NCBI RefSeq assembly: GCF_026571515.1 | Contig: NW_026858123.1 | Location: 124,001-188,000 of the forward strand | DNA: 64,000 bases | DNA from: Ruditapes philippinarum | Lineage: Eukaryota | Direction of reading: 5' to 3' | Part shown: positions 1 to 14,000 of the stretch, in pieces | How the letters are laid out: every line of letters starts with the position of its first letter | Numbering within the stretch: position 1 is the first letter of the stretch | Made by a program: the position numbers and the translations under genes | The notes under the pieces: model-generated | Told to the model about the DNA's origin: nothing | What the model saw: the letters and a program-made list of their open reading frames with translations, nothing else | Database searches by the model: none

Positions 1-429
1 GTTTATTTTTTATACTTTTTCACAAAATATTAAATAACTTTTTATGTACGTATTGCCTGAAAAGGTTCAGGTAATTGGTCGATGAGTAATTTCTTTTTCT
101 ATATCAGGGCACCAAAACATAAATAACTTTTGAAACGTAAAAGTTAAAGCATTTTTGAGCCTTTATTATTGCTCCCATAAAACATGTAATTATTGTATTG
201 CCAACACTTGAACAATTTAATTCTGAACAACTCCATGGCTTTTTAAGTGATGAAAAGTTTTACCTAGACTGAAAGATGAACAAGTCAAATTAAGATATTT
301 TGTGTAGTAATAGTTAATGTGCATGGCTGAACTGTTTTTTACAGATTATTTTTTATAGAAATATCTAGTTAAAACGTTAACGTGTATTGAGAAGTAAGAC
401 TTACTTTTCCTGGACTCTACAATGACCGC

Positions 430-980
430 TTTATTTCAATTCTATTTTTCAATTGCATATTTACATTCATTATTTCAATTCAGAATTTCAATTCTAAATT
501 ACAATGCAATATTTTAATTCAATACTTCAATTTAACATATCGAATTGACATTCAATTCAATTTTACATTTCAAGCCAATATTTTAATTCAATATTGAAAT
601 TCTAAATTTAAATTTAATTTTCAATTCAATTCTACATTTCAATTCAATATTTTAATCAAATATTTCAATTCAACATTTCAATTCAGTATCTCAGTTCAGT
701 ATTTCAATCCTAAATTTCAATTCAGAATTTCAATCCTATATTTCAATTCAGAATTTTAATTTTGACAATCAATTCAATTCTACATGTCAATCCAATTTTT
801 AACTCAATATTACAATTTTACATTTAAATTTAATTTTCATTTCAATTCTGCATTTCAATGCAATATTTCAATATAATATTTCAATTCTGCATTTCAGTTT
901 AGTACCTCAGTTCAGTATTTCAATTTAGTATTCGTGCGTAGTAATTGAATTCGATATTTCAATCTAATTTTTTAATTCAA
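430..980. repeat. Degenerate TTCAAT/ATTCAA-type short-period tandem array
   Basis: Dozens of imperfect ttcaat/ttcaattc units, e.g. 'ttcaattcaattttacatttcaa'. Confidence 0.8.
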
Positions 981-1226
981 TACATAGAACTAACAACATC
1001 TTGTGTTTGATAAGATTCGGTTGACTATATGAGGTTAGAATGAAATAAATATATGATATCTTTCTACACAAAAAAGTGAAAACAGAAACATCAACAACAA
1101 CAACAACAATAACAACAAAAATAATAATATAAAAACCCGAAATATTTACAATTTGTGCTATGAAAATAGAAGAAAAACAGACACCCATTAATATTATTTC
1201 TGTAACGGCGAATTTCGTTTTCTAAA

Positions 1227-1602
1227 AGGAACTCACTGAGGTCAAAAAGCTTAAAAATACAAAAATTTGAAATTCTTACATAAATCAAGTGAAACAATAA
1301 AAATCGAAAAATCTACAAAGGTTGGTGATGAAGTATACTAAGAATTAAATCGAATATGAATATTGATTTTTTCAGGCGACTCTTAGATTGATTTTTAGTG
1401 AAAAGCGTTGCAACGTTTATCATTTTTAGTCATTCTAGACAATAAAAATAAGCATGCATGCTGGAAAAAAAACAGGGCGAGGAATTGATATGAAAATTTG
1501 CAGACAAGTAATTGGCCCAAACTTACATCAAATGGTCACAACTATTGTAAAAATATTTCAAGTTCAGTGATCATATCTAAAAAAAACCTCAGTGGAGTCC
1601 CT
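1227..1602. mobile_element. Kolobok-like MITE, copy 1
   Basis: Termini AGGAACTCACTGAGGT / ACCTCAGTGGAGTCCCT are imperfect inverted repeats. TTAA on the right, TAAA on the left. Left end resembles the 3590-3920 copy. Confidence 0.6.
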
Positions 1603-1699
1603 TTAAACCATTCCGGCTTGTGGTGAATTTTATACATACAAAGATATTTCTACAATGTATATGAGTTATGTCTTTGCAACAAGGGACACCATCGTCACA

Positions 1700-4600
1700 T
1701 TATTTTGTACTTGTATTTATATTTCGATAATTTCGGCTGTGTGGCATCCATGTCTCTTTTGAAGGCATTTTAGCCTCCCGACGATACAATTTCCCCGTTG
1801 TAGGGCCTTCCACAGTGTGGCTATTGATCTGATTATACGGTCCGTTTCTCAAACCATTTTGACCAGTATATTTTACGGGAATCCTTGACGACGCAATATT
1901 GCCTTGTTCCCTTTGACGTCTTGAGCGTTCGTCATTTTCTTCGTAAGAAACATGCTTCAAAAGAAAAGAAGGATTTCTCGTTGAAAGAACTAAAAATAGT
2001 AACATGCTCAAACCTCACAATGGTCAATTTGTGCGTAATATTTATAAAACTAACCAAAGTTTATTAGCAGAACATCAGTAAGTAAAGGGAAACTATAAAT
2101 TAGGAAAGACCGGTGGAGACATTTCAACTTCCTGAATTCCCAATTTCATCTCGTTATTTCATGAATTTACGATATTCAACTTCATGAAGACAACTTCACG
2201 AATTCCACTTCACGAATTCCACTTCACGATTTCATCTTCACGAATTCACGATTTCAACTTCACGAATTCACGATTTCAATTTCATGAGTTCACTATTTCA
2301 ACTTCATGAATTCGTGATTTCAACTTCGTGAAGTGAAAGCTGAAATATCACCCACCGGTCTTTCGTAATAAATCCTTGTTCTTTAAGTCTTTTTGTCAAA
2401 CTACTTTATGTCATATCTGATCATGATTACCTTTGGTCTGTCATATTTGTTTGCTGATCCAAAGTCGTCTGCAAATGTTTGCCGCCTATTTACATCACCA
2501 TTTTCGACTCCTCTTTCACGTACTACTAATTTTGCCCCTACCGTCGATCCTTTGCAATAGCTGTCATTTATATAATTAAAGAAAGAAAGCAAAAATAGTT
2601 TATACTCACTAACATTAAATTTATTAAAGGCCCAGTATGCCTCAGAAATGCTATCATTTTCATTTCTCAAAAATTGTTTATTTTGGGTTCCAAAAAAATA
2701 CTTATTTGCTATATACATTAAATTAGCTCTGTAGGCAATTGGTATAATTAAATCTAACATGCACTTAATCCATTATTTAAACATTATAAAACACATGTTT
2801 GACATTTCTAAAGAATTAAAAAAATGGATTTCTGAGGCTTAATGTGCCTTTAAGCATTTGTCAATACTCAATTGATAGTTAACAGGCCCTTTCGCAACTG
2901 GCCTCACGATCAAAGTTTCCGTTAGCTGTTTTAAACAGAGTTCTTGATTCGACATGTGCTTTGAATTTAATTTGTTTAAAAACCTTTGCAATATACAAAA
3001 TTTATACATAGGTAATTTCTGATGTTTTGATTTAATAGAAATTATGTCTCTCCTTTGAAAATCCACTGTTTATAATAAGCAAAGACAGGCTGAGCTCAGA
3101 GCCGGAGAACGCTCATTTAATCATGTATTTAATTTATTAATCTATATTAAAGAAAAATACGTCTAATTGATACAGCTTGGCAAACACGTCATATGATCAA
3201 ATTGTATAGACCTTTTAACAATACGAAATTTCCATAGAAACGGAAGTAGCATTTGGCGCATGCGCATTCTCCATAGGACATTAAAAGCAATAATCATGGC
3301 TATGCACTTACCCAAATATTTTGAGACAATACATCAGCAAACACGCTAGCAAAAGAAGACACAGCAGACCAAAGGCCACACATAGCACTATTGTCATCCA
3401 AAGAGGTACTGTAATATAGAATATACATGATTTAAATACCATAAGCACTGATTGTTTCAATGCTTCTTTTTCATCATGGCCTCCTTGATACTGAATATTT
3501 TTAATTTAACGATCTACTTAGTTTTGACCGGAAATGCATTATAAATCAAAATCGCTTTGACTGGATAACATAAATGCGTGAATGCTTAAAGGATCTCCTA
3601 GTTCAAAAGGCTAATAACATAAATTTTGAAAATTTTACAAAATCTAGTTGATTTTAGCATTTGAAAAAGGTAATAAAAGAATACATTGTATACAAAAATT
3701 TAATCGAGAATCGAATTTTTGTGCGATTTTTGCCCAATTTCAGTTAAAAGCGTTTTTAAACGTGTTTTTTTTTGTTTTGGTCATTTTGCACAATTAAAAT
3801 TATTGTTATAAAAAGGGATAAGAGAATGACCAGAAATCTTGCAAACAAGTTATTAGTCAAGTTTAACATTTTACACGAATCTCGAAAAATATATCTAGTC
3901 CAAACCTCAGTTGAGTCCCTTTAAATAGCTTTTGTTTCTGTTCCCCAAAGACATATAACAACAAAAAGGTTATACGCACACACTACCACCAGACGTGTTT
4001 GTAAAACATACTAAAACCTTTCATTGGGTCTAGAATAAATATGATTTCAATTCTATAAGTTTGATTTTCGTAACAATGATTTATTATTTGTTCATAAAAT
4101 CTAAATTTCTTTTTTTTGATAATTATAATAAATAGATTCAATAAAAAAGAGAATACACACCTCTAGTAGAATCATCAAGTGAAATATGATTGTGGACATT
4201 TTGCCTGTTTATAGGTACACAGCTCGGTGGTTGTTTCTCCCACGTCCCCGTAATGTTACAGCCGATCTTAGATTGTCCGGTCAATGTCAAACCGGCGACA
4301 CACGAATACACAGCACTGCTCACGTTAGCAACATACGGTCCTGTTGACAGAATTTTACCACCAGAGATAGGGGACGGATCAGGACAGGTTTTAACTAACC
4401 CTACCACAGCCGTAGATGCGGAGTTGTGCGGAAGTTGCGAAGAAACTGTTACGTCCGTTGTGACGTCATATGTCGTTGATGCATTAAGTCCGCTTAAAAT
4501 TGGTGCAGTCGTGTTACTGGAAGTTGTAGAATTGTCGTCTGCTGTGACAGAATAATCGGTTGATGATTTTACATTTGTATGCGTGCTGGAATCCGTTGTT

Positions 4601-4819
4601 GAGAATACAGCCGTCGGCGGGTTCGTTGTAGTCATATTTCCTGCGTCTTCCGTGCTTATAGAGCCTGCTTGGTTCGTTACAGCAGCCGTTGTTTCTGTCG
4701 TTTGTTGCAATGTGTTAGCAGACGACTGGGCGAAAGAATGCACATTGCTCGTTGATAAATCACCAGTTACGCCTTCCGTTGTGATCGTTGGAGAATTTGT
4801 TGATGTCATCATACCGAAA
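1700..4819 (-). CDS. Single-pass membrane protein: Ser/Thr-rich mucin-like region, one Sushi/CCP domain, TM helix, cytoplasmic tail (5' exons not resolved)
   Basis: Exons 4161-4819, 3312-3408, 2431-2560 and 1700-1954 have GT-AG boundaries with matching phases (1,2,0), giving about 379 aa to a TAA. The Sushi domain has 4 Cys plus Trp (CPDP...YSC...GC...GTW...PPSC). The TM exon reads VPLWMTIVLCVAFGLLCLLLLACLLMYCLKIFG. Confidence 0.85.
2101..2367. mobile_element. TA-flanked MITE with internal TTCACGA/TTTCAAC tandem repeats (intronic)
   Basis: TAGGAAAGACCGGTGG...CCACCGGTCTTTCGTA inverted termini. The interior consists of ttcacga / tttcaacttc units. Confidence 0.75.
3590..3920. mobile_element. 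Kolobok-like MITE, copy 2 (intronic)
   Basis: TTAA|AGG...CCT|TTAA. The right end ACCTCAGTTGAGTCCCT nearly matches copy 1. Confidence 0.6.
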
Positions 4820-6420
4820 CTGTAGTTTTCGTTATATAAGTGGCACTTAAAATAATTAAAATGTTTATTTAGTGTGAAATACCATTTACCACTGGATTTC
4901 AACACAACATTTTGGTATTTTTGAGAAAAATTAAAATGGTTGAGAAAATATCTGAAATACTACTTTATCCAGTGTCTCATAAAGATACTTATTACATATT
5001 TCAAGTGTCAAATCTGAACTTTAAACTAGAGAATTTAACCCGAAAATGTCTTTGTAAAGATAAATATTTAATAAAAGTTGGATTTTTACTAAAACCAGCT
5101 ATTCACATTAAATTTCAATTGCAAAATAAATCCGCAAATTTGATTTAAAATAAGCTTTTCAAATAGAATATAATCTTTAAAAAATAATGCTATATTTTAG
5201 CTAATAAAACTAAAAAGTGGCTACGCTTACCCCAAAAATATATTTTAAAATGATAACTGTTCAGTTAAATTACAGAAAAAGACAATAATAATAATGAAAA
5301 GATTTAAAAAAAGATAACAAACCCCGCAAACTAACAATGTAAGGATGAATTGGATGTTCAACAATGACCAAATGACTTCTTTAATATTAATATGTTAATA
5401 TAAGTAAAATTAAGTTCGTGATGGGACAATCACGTTTCAAGGGAGAAAAACTGATTTGTTTGTTTAAAGTGGATTAAAGGGGGTTATCTCAAAAACAAAG
5501 TTAAATGGAAGACAACACAATTGTATTCTTCTGCTAAATCCTTTATTATGGCACATTCCAAACTTTTCATGTTTATTTTCGCTTATCTGTAACATTGGAG
5601 GTCAAAATTTTAATGCGGTTAAAATCTTAATTGAATGTTAAAAATATTTTCAATGGGAAATTCTGTAACATTTGAATACATACATGAAAGCTCTGCTTCA
5701 AACAATGACTTCAGCAAAATTAAAATAAATAAAACTTATCAAAAGTTGTATTATTTATTTACATGTTAACTATTGAATGTGTTGCTATATTTACTGCTTT
5801 GTTGCAACCTTCAGGACTCCAATTCGAATTTAGCACCAACGTTGAGGTCTATTCGGTGAAATGTACACTTTGAATTTGGGTGTTCTATACGGCAAAAAAT
5901 ATGCGCAACGTTGAATAGAGCTGTCATTAACTGTATGTAAAAATAACCAGTTACTTAGCTGAGAGGCATTGGCTAAATGTCTGATAAGCCTATTGTATCG
6001 GTGTTGCCCGTACATAGGTAAGCCGGCTAAGTGGTAATCGTTGAAGTTATAGACGTAGAGAAATCTGCAGACGACAATTTCTCTAACACTGATTTATGTC
6101 TTCCTTTGACAATAATGATGACGTAGTTAACATCATTTACATTGTCGTTATATCAATTCTAGAAAGAGTGTGCTCGGACATGAACTGTGCAAAAGTGACA
6201 ACAAGTAAGGATTCTTAGAACATACATTTATAACAAATTACAGTGTAGTGATCGTGACAAGAACGTATCAGAGCTAGACAAGATTTCCGCAAGAGTCCAA
6301 CCAAAAGTCCTTATCTACAGATTGAGGTTAAAATTGTGTCTAATGTGGACTCTGTTTAATGACCAATGAGCAGCAAGTTACACAATTTTCGTAAAATCAA
6401 AGACTTATATAACAGAGGTA

Positions 6421-7132
6421 AAGGAAGCTCTTGAATAGAAAGTTTTCCAATGCTGACCCACAATCCCTTGCGAGAAATTCATTGGCTTTTGGGGTTAATC
6501 AATTTCCGCCATCTTGTTTTACGTAACCAAATATGTTTACATTCTCACTCATTGCCGAAAATAATTTACATCTTCATGATCTTTGTTGTTTTTAATTTTA
6601 CATTTTTGCATGTGTTAATTATTGATTACCAAAACAATTGTCAGATAACATGGCGGCATTCATATCGATAAATTTTCTCGTGTCAAACATGGTCCCGTAA
6701 AATCTTGCAAAAAATGTGAACTTGCGGGATAATAAATCCCTTATGTATGACGTCATGGCTTCCTCTCCATTTAAATATAGCTCTGTGGTAATATGAATAG
6801 CATTTAGAACCGCGAGTATCATAAACTATTAAGGTAACGAACAGGTCATCCAGACGACAAGGTATTTCTCCCTTGTACTTCCATTTTCGTTAACAGATGA
6901 ATCACTGCCATCCAGGAAAATGGAATAATTTAATTAAATATAAAATCTCAAGAATTCAACAAAGTTCGCACATATCATTAAAAATGCAAGTGACTGAATA
7001 TTTGTGCAACCACGTGTGTGCGCGCACGCGCGTGTTTGGGTTAGGCGATTAATTCAATAATATTGTGATAAATGCCGTTAGAAGACGAGAACTTTATATT
7101 AAATATTTTCCAGCGTTTATCAACAGCTTCCT
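6421..7132. mobile_element. Possible degenerate TIR element
   Basis: AAGGAAGCTCTTGA at the left versus TCAACAGCTTCCTT at the right. No clean TSD. Confidence 0.3.
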
Positions 7133-8049
7133 TGGATATAGGAACGGACAAAATTATGTCATTATATTTAGATTTGATAAAATCAGTTATAAATGACACT
7201 TCAAATATAAACAACTATATTAAATGATGTGACCTGTATATCGCCCGCTGTAACAAGATATGGCAACACTTAACGTAAATTTGACTTACATCTTGAATAC
7301 TTGACCGGGTTATTTTAGCAGAAAAGGGCAGGCAAAGTATTCCGATATGGTTTCTGCAAGTTCTTTTCTCAGCATGACATTATTTAACTGAACGGAGTTG
7401 AATCGACATATAAATGTTATTCGTACATGAAACCACCGACTTATTCACATTCTGTATACGGAAACAAAATGTGTAATATTAGAAATTATATTAGAAAACA
7501 ACGCAGTAACTTATTTGTCCAAAGATTTAATTATTTTCAGTTAGAGAGGTTTTTTTCCTCCAATATTAGCATGATACGGAAGTGTATGCTAGACATAAAA
7601 GATTTATGACTTATCAATGTTAACATCTCCCAAAGTTTAATTTCCGTTGAATGATAGTTGACGATAAACGTGTTCAACAATAATGCATTACATGTTTTAC
7701 AAATATACTAGTAATGTTCGCCGCAGACTCGAAAATTATGATTTTATTCAACTCGTTCAATAAATTTAGTATTAAATACTCATTTAATATCCTCTACATA
7801 AATATTTGTTATATCAGATCATGTATCTCTGCTTCCATGTATAAATCTCTTCATGGTTTGTTCATATGTGTAATACTAAATACTATTAGAGTAAGTATTC
7901 AATTCCATTTATAGACATTCATTATAGACTAATTCACTTTAGATAAAATTCATTTTAAATAAGAAATAAAAATGCACTTTCTTGACATTTTAATTCTAAT
8001 ATACTTTCATGAACTCCAGTGCTAAGGTAATAAATGAACACACAGTGTT

Positions 8050-11000
8050 TTATATATTTCTAGCAATATTTTCGATCTGGCTTACAATGGATTGATAATT
8101 AGCATCGCACACACTTTTTTCTCCCACGCAATCTTTCTCCAAAGTTTTAAGTAAAGATTTATGTACACCAGGTTTAGGGCATATATTATCTAACGCATGA
8201 AGCATTTCTGTCGTCGCCATTTTGTTTGTTGCGTTCCCAGTTATTTTCAATACGTCATGAGCAAACTTGCCCGGATGTGCGGTGGACGCTATAACCATGG
8301 GTCTTTCCTGTTTAAATCGGTCAGCTACGACTTTTGCGATACTGGTGTGGGGATCCATAAGATAACCTAAAATGTTTTGTATAAAAATAAAATTAATTTT
8401 TAAGACATACTTTGATAAACAAATTGCATAAATATATGTAAAGATGGTTTATGAGCTCTTTTTGAACGGAGGATATATTTTATTAATATAACTCAAAGGT
8501 ATTACCCAAGACCCCACAAAAAACCCCAATTGATCAATCGCCCCAAAGCTTAGTTGACGCCTAAAGAGGAAAATCAGCCCCCCTCCCCCTACGAATAACA
8601 ATTTGGACTTCAATTAAGATTCTTCTGGGATCGCAGGTATATTCGAATCCCATGTTTTTTCTTTCTTTTTTTAATTCCACATTAAATATGTAGGCACACG
8701 TGTCTATGCAAGAATAATGAAACAAAATTCAAAATCAGATACCATTGTTTTTAAGTGTGTCCCTCATCGCCTTCCCACACTCCTCTTCGGTACACCAATC
8801 TGCGTGAAACAGACCTTGTATGTTCTCAAGCACCTAAAAACAAAATCACCTTATTTTTCAAAGGTCAAGGATTTGCATAAACTGGTCGGAGAATTTTAGG
8901 GAGATACATGATTTAGGCAATTGAACAGAGGAACGCATTCTGTGCCCCTATGCTTGTGTTTAAGTTAGGCTATATATTTTTCACATTACTTTGAATGTTC
9001 TGTACATTTTTCACGAATGTTGTTTTACTATATCAAAGAAAATTCAGAAATTAATCCTTGACTTTATGTGTGAAATTAGAAATTTAAGAAGGTCATTTAA
9101 TGAAAAAAAAAGTAAACAACGAAATTAACTAATGCTTATAAAGTTTTTTTTTACTTGAGCAGGGACGTCAAACTTTCGTCTGTCTCGTAGTTGTGTGAAG
9201 GCACTATTTATAAAGCTAGCATCTCTACCAGAAATGCTATACAGCAAGCGTTCAAGGTTAGAAGACACTAAAATATCTATGGCGGGAGAAATCGTCTGCA
9301 ACAGTCGTCTGTTGGAAATGTCGTAACATCCAGACCTGATAAAATCAGCAACCACATTGTTATCATTGGACGCGCAAATGAGTTTCTTGATAGGTATTCC
9401 CATTTCCTAAAATTTAATAGAATTGAGTTGATATTTGTTTTATACTATATATATAATTTAACCTATTATCATTTATCATGTAAAATTGTAATAAAGAGTG
9501 GATATTCAAGTTTTTTTCTGTAAATAAAGGATTTATTATTATCGAATGATATGAAAATACATTTCATGAGTGGAGGGTAATATGCTAATTTTCATATCAC
9601 AAGATTAAAAAAATCCTCTACTTATAGAAAAAAGACTTGAATATTCTGTTTAATAAATAATATTTCTCTTTTTACAGTGAAAATACAGAAAATGAAAATA
9701 CGAATTTTATTTCATCAATATTTCATTAATAAATAATTATGTAATAATATACTTGCATAATATATCAATGTAGTGGAAAAATATTATATATCACATATTT
9801 ATTATATCGTTTATCGTATATTCAATATTACACTTTAGAAATATACCATATAACGTTTTAATACTAATAATATGTTATATAACACTTTAGTGGCAATTAA
9901 TAATAAATTACTAATGTAATAAATATCTGAAGTGGTAGTAAATAATGATAACAAATTTAATATATCACAAATGACTGTTTATATCATTGTAGCAATGTAT
10001 CATATTAGATCACAGTATATTTATTTATGTAATATATCACAAATAAGTGTGACAATGTACAAATGTATCATATATCACAAAAATAGAAATATAATAGGAT
10101 TATGCAAAAGTATAATACATTGTATATATGTGTATATGTGTTATAGAATATCAGTATAATTGTTATAATGTATCATATATACATGTAACACTGTGATAAG
10201 CCTTCTTTTTTAAAAATGCACATTTGTAAAGACAATTAAAATTGATAGTTTTTACACAAAGTCACCTGAAATACCAAGTGTTTTGACCTAGTTAATATTG
10301 TAATCATTTACATTATCAAAACTCAAAATAAAAACATGTCAAGCCACGTTAACGGGGTTAATACTGATCAGACGGTCACTATAGACAGGGTCTGTCATCA
10401 ATCATGTTTATCTAGCACCCAACACCCAGCGGGAACACGCACATAACGAATACCTTATACAAACATCGTTACCAATTAACTGTGTTCATTCATGTTTGAA
10501 TTACTACACTAAGTTTGTGAGAAAAAAAACCCGGCTTATTCTCTTTCCCTTATATCTCTGACATGTTTGCTGGTTCTCCATCTCTTTTAAATATTAGCTG
10601 TACTATTCCTATTTCGCATTTTTGCCGGCCTTCATCTCTCGCGCATAGGGGAGCGGTGGCCTAGTGGTTAAGGTGTCTGCATCACAACACATGGATCGTG
10701 GGTTTCAAGCCTTACTCTAATCACAACCATGTTTCTTCATATGTTATTAGTACTGAGTACTGCTGAGTTCTAGGAAGTGGACTCGAAAGTTCGAAATTGA
10801 GCTAAAATAAATAAGTTTAAACTAAACCTCACACATGTTTGTCCTCCTTCACCACTCACGTGTGTTGTCTCTTACATGTTGTTCCTGACCTCTTTCGCAT
10901 ATTTGCTGTCACTTTCCTCTTTCTCTCTCATGTTAGCCATAAACCACTCATGTTTGTTGTCCTTAAGCTCTCTCACTTGTTTGCTGTCCTTTATTTCTCT

Positions 11001-14000
11001 CTCTCTCATATTTGCCTTTAACCTCTCTCATGTGTTTGATTTTCTTTACCTCTCTCATTTGTTTGCTGTCCTGTACCTCCCATGCTTGTTTGCTGTCCTT
11101 TACCTCTCTTTCATGTTTGCCCTTTACCTCTTTCGTGAGCTTGCTGCTCTTCAATTTTCCCGCACGTTTCCTGTCGTTTATCTATGTCCCTTGTTTGCTG
11201 TATTTTACCTCTCACGCTTGTTTGTTGTCTTTTTACCTCACCACAAGTTTGCTGTCCCTTATCTGTGTTCTTCACTTCTCTTGCGTGTCTTCTTTCCTTT
11301 ACCTCTAACTAATACTTGTTGTCCTTTACCTCTCTCATAATTATGTTTCAACCTCTGCACACGTTTGCTGTGTTTTACCGCTCTCATATGTTTGCTGTAC
11401 TGAACCTCACTCACACATTTGCTTTCCTTTACCTCTCTCCCTTGTTCACTGTCACTTACCTCTCTTGTATATGTACTGTATATTCATGTAATTCTAAGCT
11501 GCTTTAATGTTGAATCCTCCAATGAATTAAAGATTACTGGATAAAACATTTATTCACCTAAAATCATTTACTACCTTTGCATAATAGGCCGCAAGAATGT
11601 TTCCAAAATTGCCGGTTGGAACACAAACATCGATTTCGTCTCCCATAGCAATGACCTTCTGCTTCACAAGGTCAAGGTAAGAAGTCACGTGATATACTAC
11701 TTGTGGCAATAACCTTCCCCAGCTGATCGAGTTTGCAGCACTGTGATGAAACATACATTTTAATAAAAACATACATTTCAATTGAAGGATCACATATTTA
11801 TTTTTGGGCCCTTATCGAAAATTATACCAGTTAATAATCCGTATCCTTTTTTAAATGTAAAACTTGTTTCTCTAATGCTTGACTTATAAGCAATGGCGAA
11901 CAACTGTTTAAAGAGGATTATTTAAGTAAACGTAAATTTGCAGATGAAAAACTGAACATGATGATATTTACACAACATTCTTTTTTTTACTTATTCTCCT
12001 ACTGAGATAGTTTTCGATCTTTCATTCATCCAACAACCAGAAATTGTTTTAAAATAAATATCTGTAGACAAGTAGACAAAATGATCACTGTGTGAAAAGT
12101 AATTCAGAATAAATTGGCATGAAAAATCAAATCCGGGGATATTCATTGAAATATTTTAGCTAAGCATACCTGATTTTTACATTGTGATCTTGGAATAGTC
12201 TTTGTGACAAATCGTGATCACCAAACGCTTTCTTTACACTGGTCTGGCAGAAGTCAAAATCACTTCCGGAAACTCCTTGATTTGTAAACAAAAATATAAG
12301 TCAAGTTTGAATTGTTTGACCGGCCAAGTCTCGAATAGTTATATTTGGCACTACAGTTTTGTAATTGTATGTATACATGTACGTGTTTTTGTTGATTAGG
12401 AAATGAAAACAGCCCGGATGATACAATGGACGTAGGGTTAAGAGCCAGCCCCTTTGAATAATAATACCATATAGCAATCTAGTTAAAGTATACCATACAT
12501 TGACAAACGAACCAATGACATTTGACCTAATACACAACATTACCAATCAGTTATCAAATTCGGACAGGAGCATACCGATAAGCTATAGTGGCACTGTATG
12601 ACAAAACAAAAGGTACATACCCACGACCCTCGCGAGGTGGCTATTGTAAGAAATCATCTGTTCTCGCTGTATATCACTGATGCCCTCAAGCGGGTACAAA
12701 ACCAACACGCCAATGTTTGCTGAGAAGTTTCCTGCAATTATGTATAACAATAAAAAAGCCTTCTATAACACTTTTCGTCCACCTAACCCACATTTATGCT
12801 CGATTTATATATTTGTAACTATAAGCTTTAAATCATCATTTAACCATCTAAAAAGACTAACTGAATGTTTTAAAACACCTAAATCTTAACGAATATGAGA
12901 TTACTTACAAAGGATAACTTATTTATATCAAACAGCTTTGTTACTTCTTTGGTGAAGAGGTTGTTTTTGTAACTTAATCTAAGTGAGACAAGGGCTTTCT
13001 AGGAATCGCTTAACATTCTATAGTTTTTATCAATGTCTTTACCAAAACAAACTTAACATCATATACAGAAAGACCACCTCTCACGCTGTATAATGATATT
13101 TAGAACCGTTCCATTTTTTCATTTTAGGCATGAGAGGAATTATTTTAACCCAGTCTTTTCGGTAGACAGTTCTATAGATCTACTTAACATTTCATGGGAC
13201 TTTTCAAAAGTTAAGGACATGTTTTAACCTTTACCGTTCCCAGAGGAAAGCTATTACATACCAGCATGCCTTGAGAAACCATCGAGAACCGCTCCGCCAG
13301 TATCACCGGATGTAGCTACTAAAATCAAGTACCTGTATAGCAAAATGTAAATCAAATAATGCACAATTTTTCATTTATGAAATTAAGCTTGTCCGTTTAG
13401 AATTCCATTTCATGTAATTTTGAGTTATCTAAAATATACCTACATGTAGCTACCTGCACGAGCAAAAGTTATTTTTAAAAGTTTCATGGAAAGAAAGAAA
13501 GTTGTTTTAGTAATTCTTTTGAAGCGGGTATGTATTGAATAAACACGATATAAAAAAAAATTAGGTGTTGATTTTTCTGATACTTCGTTGAAAAAAGTAG
13601 TGCTTGGACATTTAAGACAAGTTAATCCGGCTGATAAATCACATACTTGCTTTTAGATTCCTCCGCGACAGCGTTCATAAACAACTGTGGCATCAACTGA
13701 AGTGCGACATCTTTAAACGAGGCTGTTGGTCCGTGAAATAGTTCCTGCACGTATTGACCCCTGTCCAGGTGACGCACAGGACAAATATTGGCATCCTGAA
13801 ACGTTTCTAGATTGTATGCATTATTTACAGCAGTTCTTAAAGTCCGAGGATGTAGATCTCTGAAATCCATCCATTTCTCTAGAATTCGGATAGCTCTTTG
13901 CGGATACGTGAGATCAACTAATCGACTTAACTGACCGATGGACATCTTTGGAGTTTCATCTCGAGGAACAATCAATCCACCATCCGAAGCTAAACCTTGT

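Noticed and set aside
430-980. CRISPR-like or coding repeat
   Set aside because: Degenerate 6-8-bp periodicity with no constant repeat/unique spacer structure; eukaryotic context.
4190-4825. Plus-strand ORFs 4190-4555 and 4583-4825
   Set aside because: Antisense shadows of the mucin/Sushi exon.
4890-5385. Candidate signal-peptide exons for the Sushi gene (EVIWSLLNIQFILTLLVCG at about 5323-5380; mini-exons near 5231 and 4890-4951)
   Set aside because: No in-frame ATG, and splice phases could not be reconciled with the phase-2 acceptor at 4819.
10839-11507. Hydrophobic ORFs resembling membrane proteins
   Set aside because: Translations of the pyrimidine-rich minisatellite.
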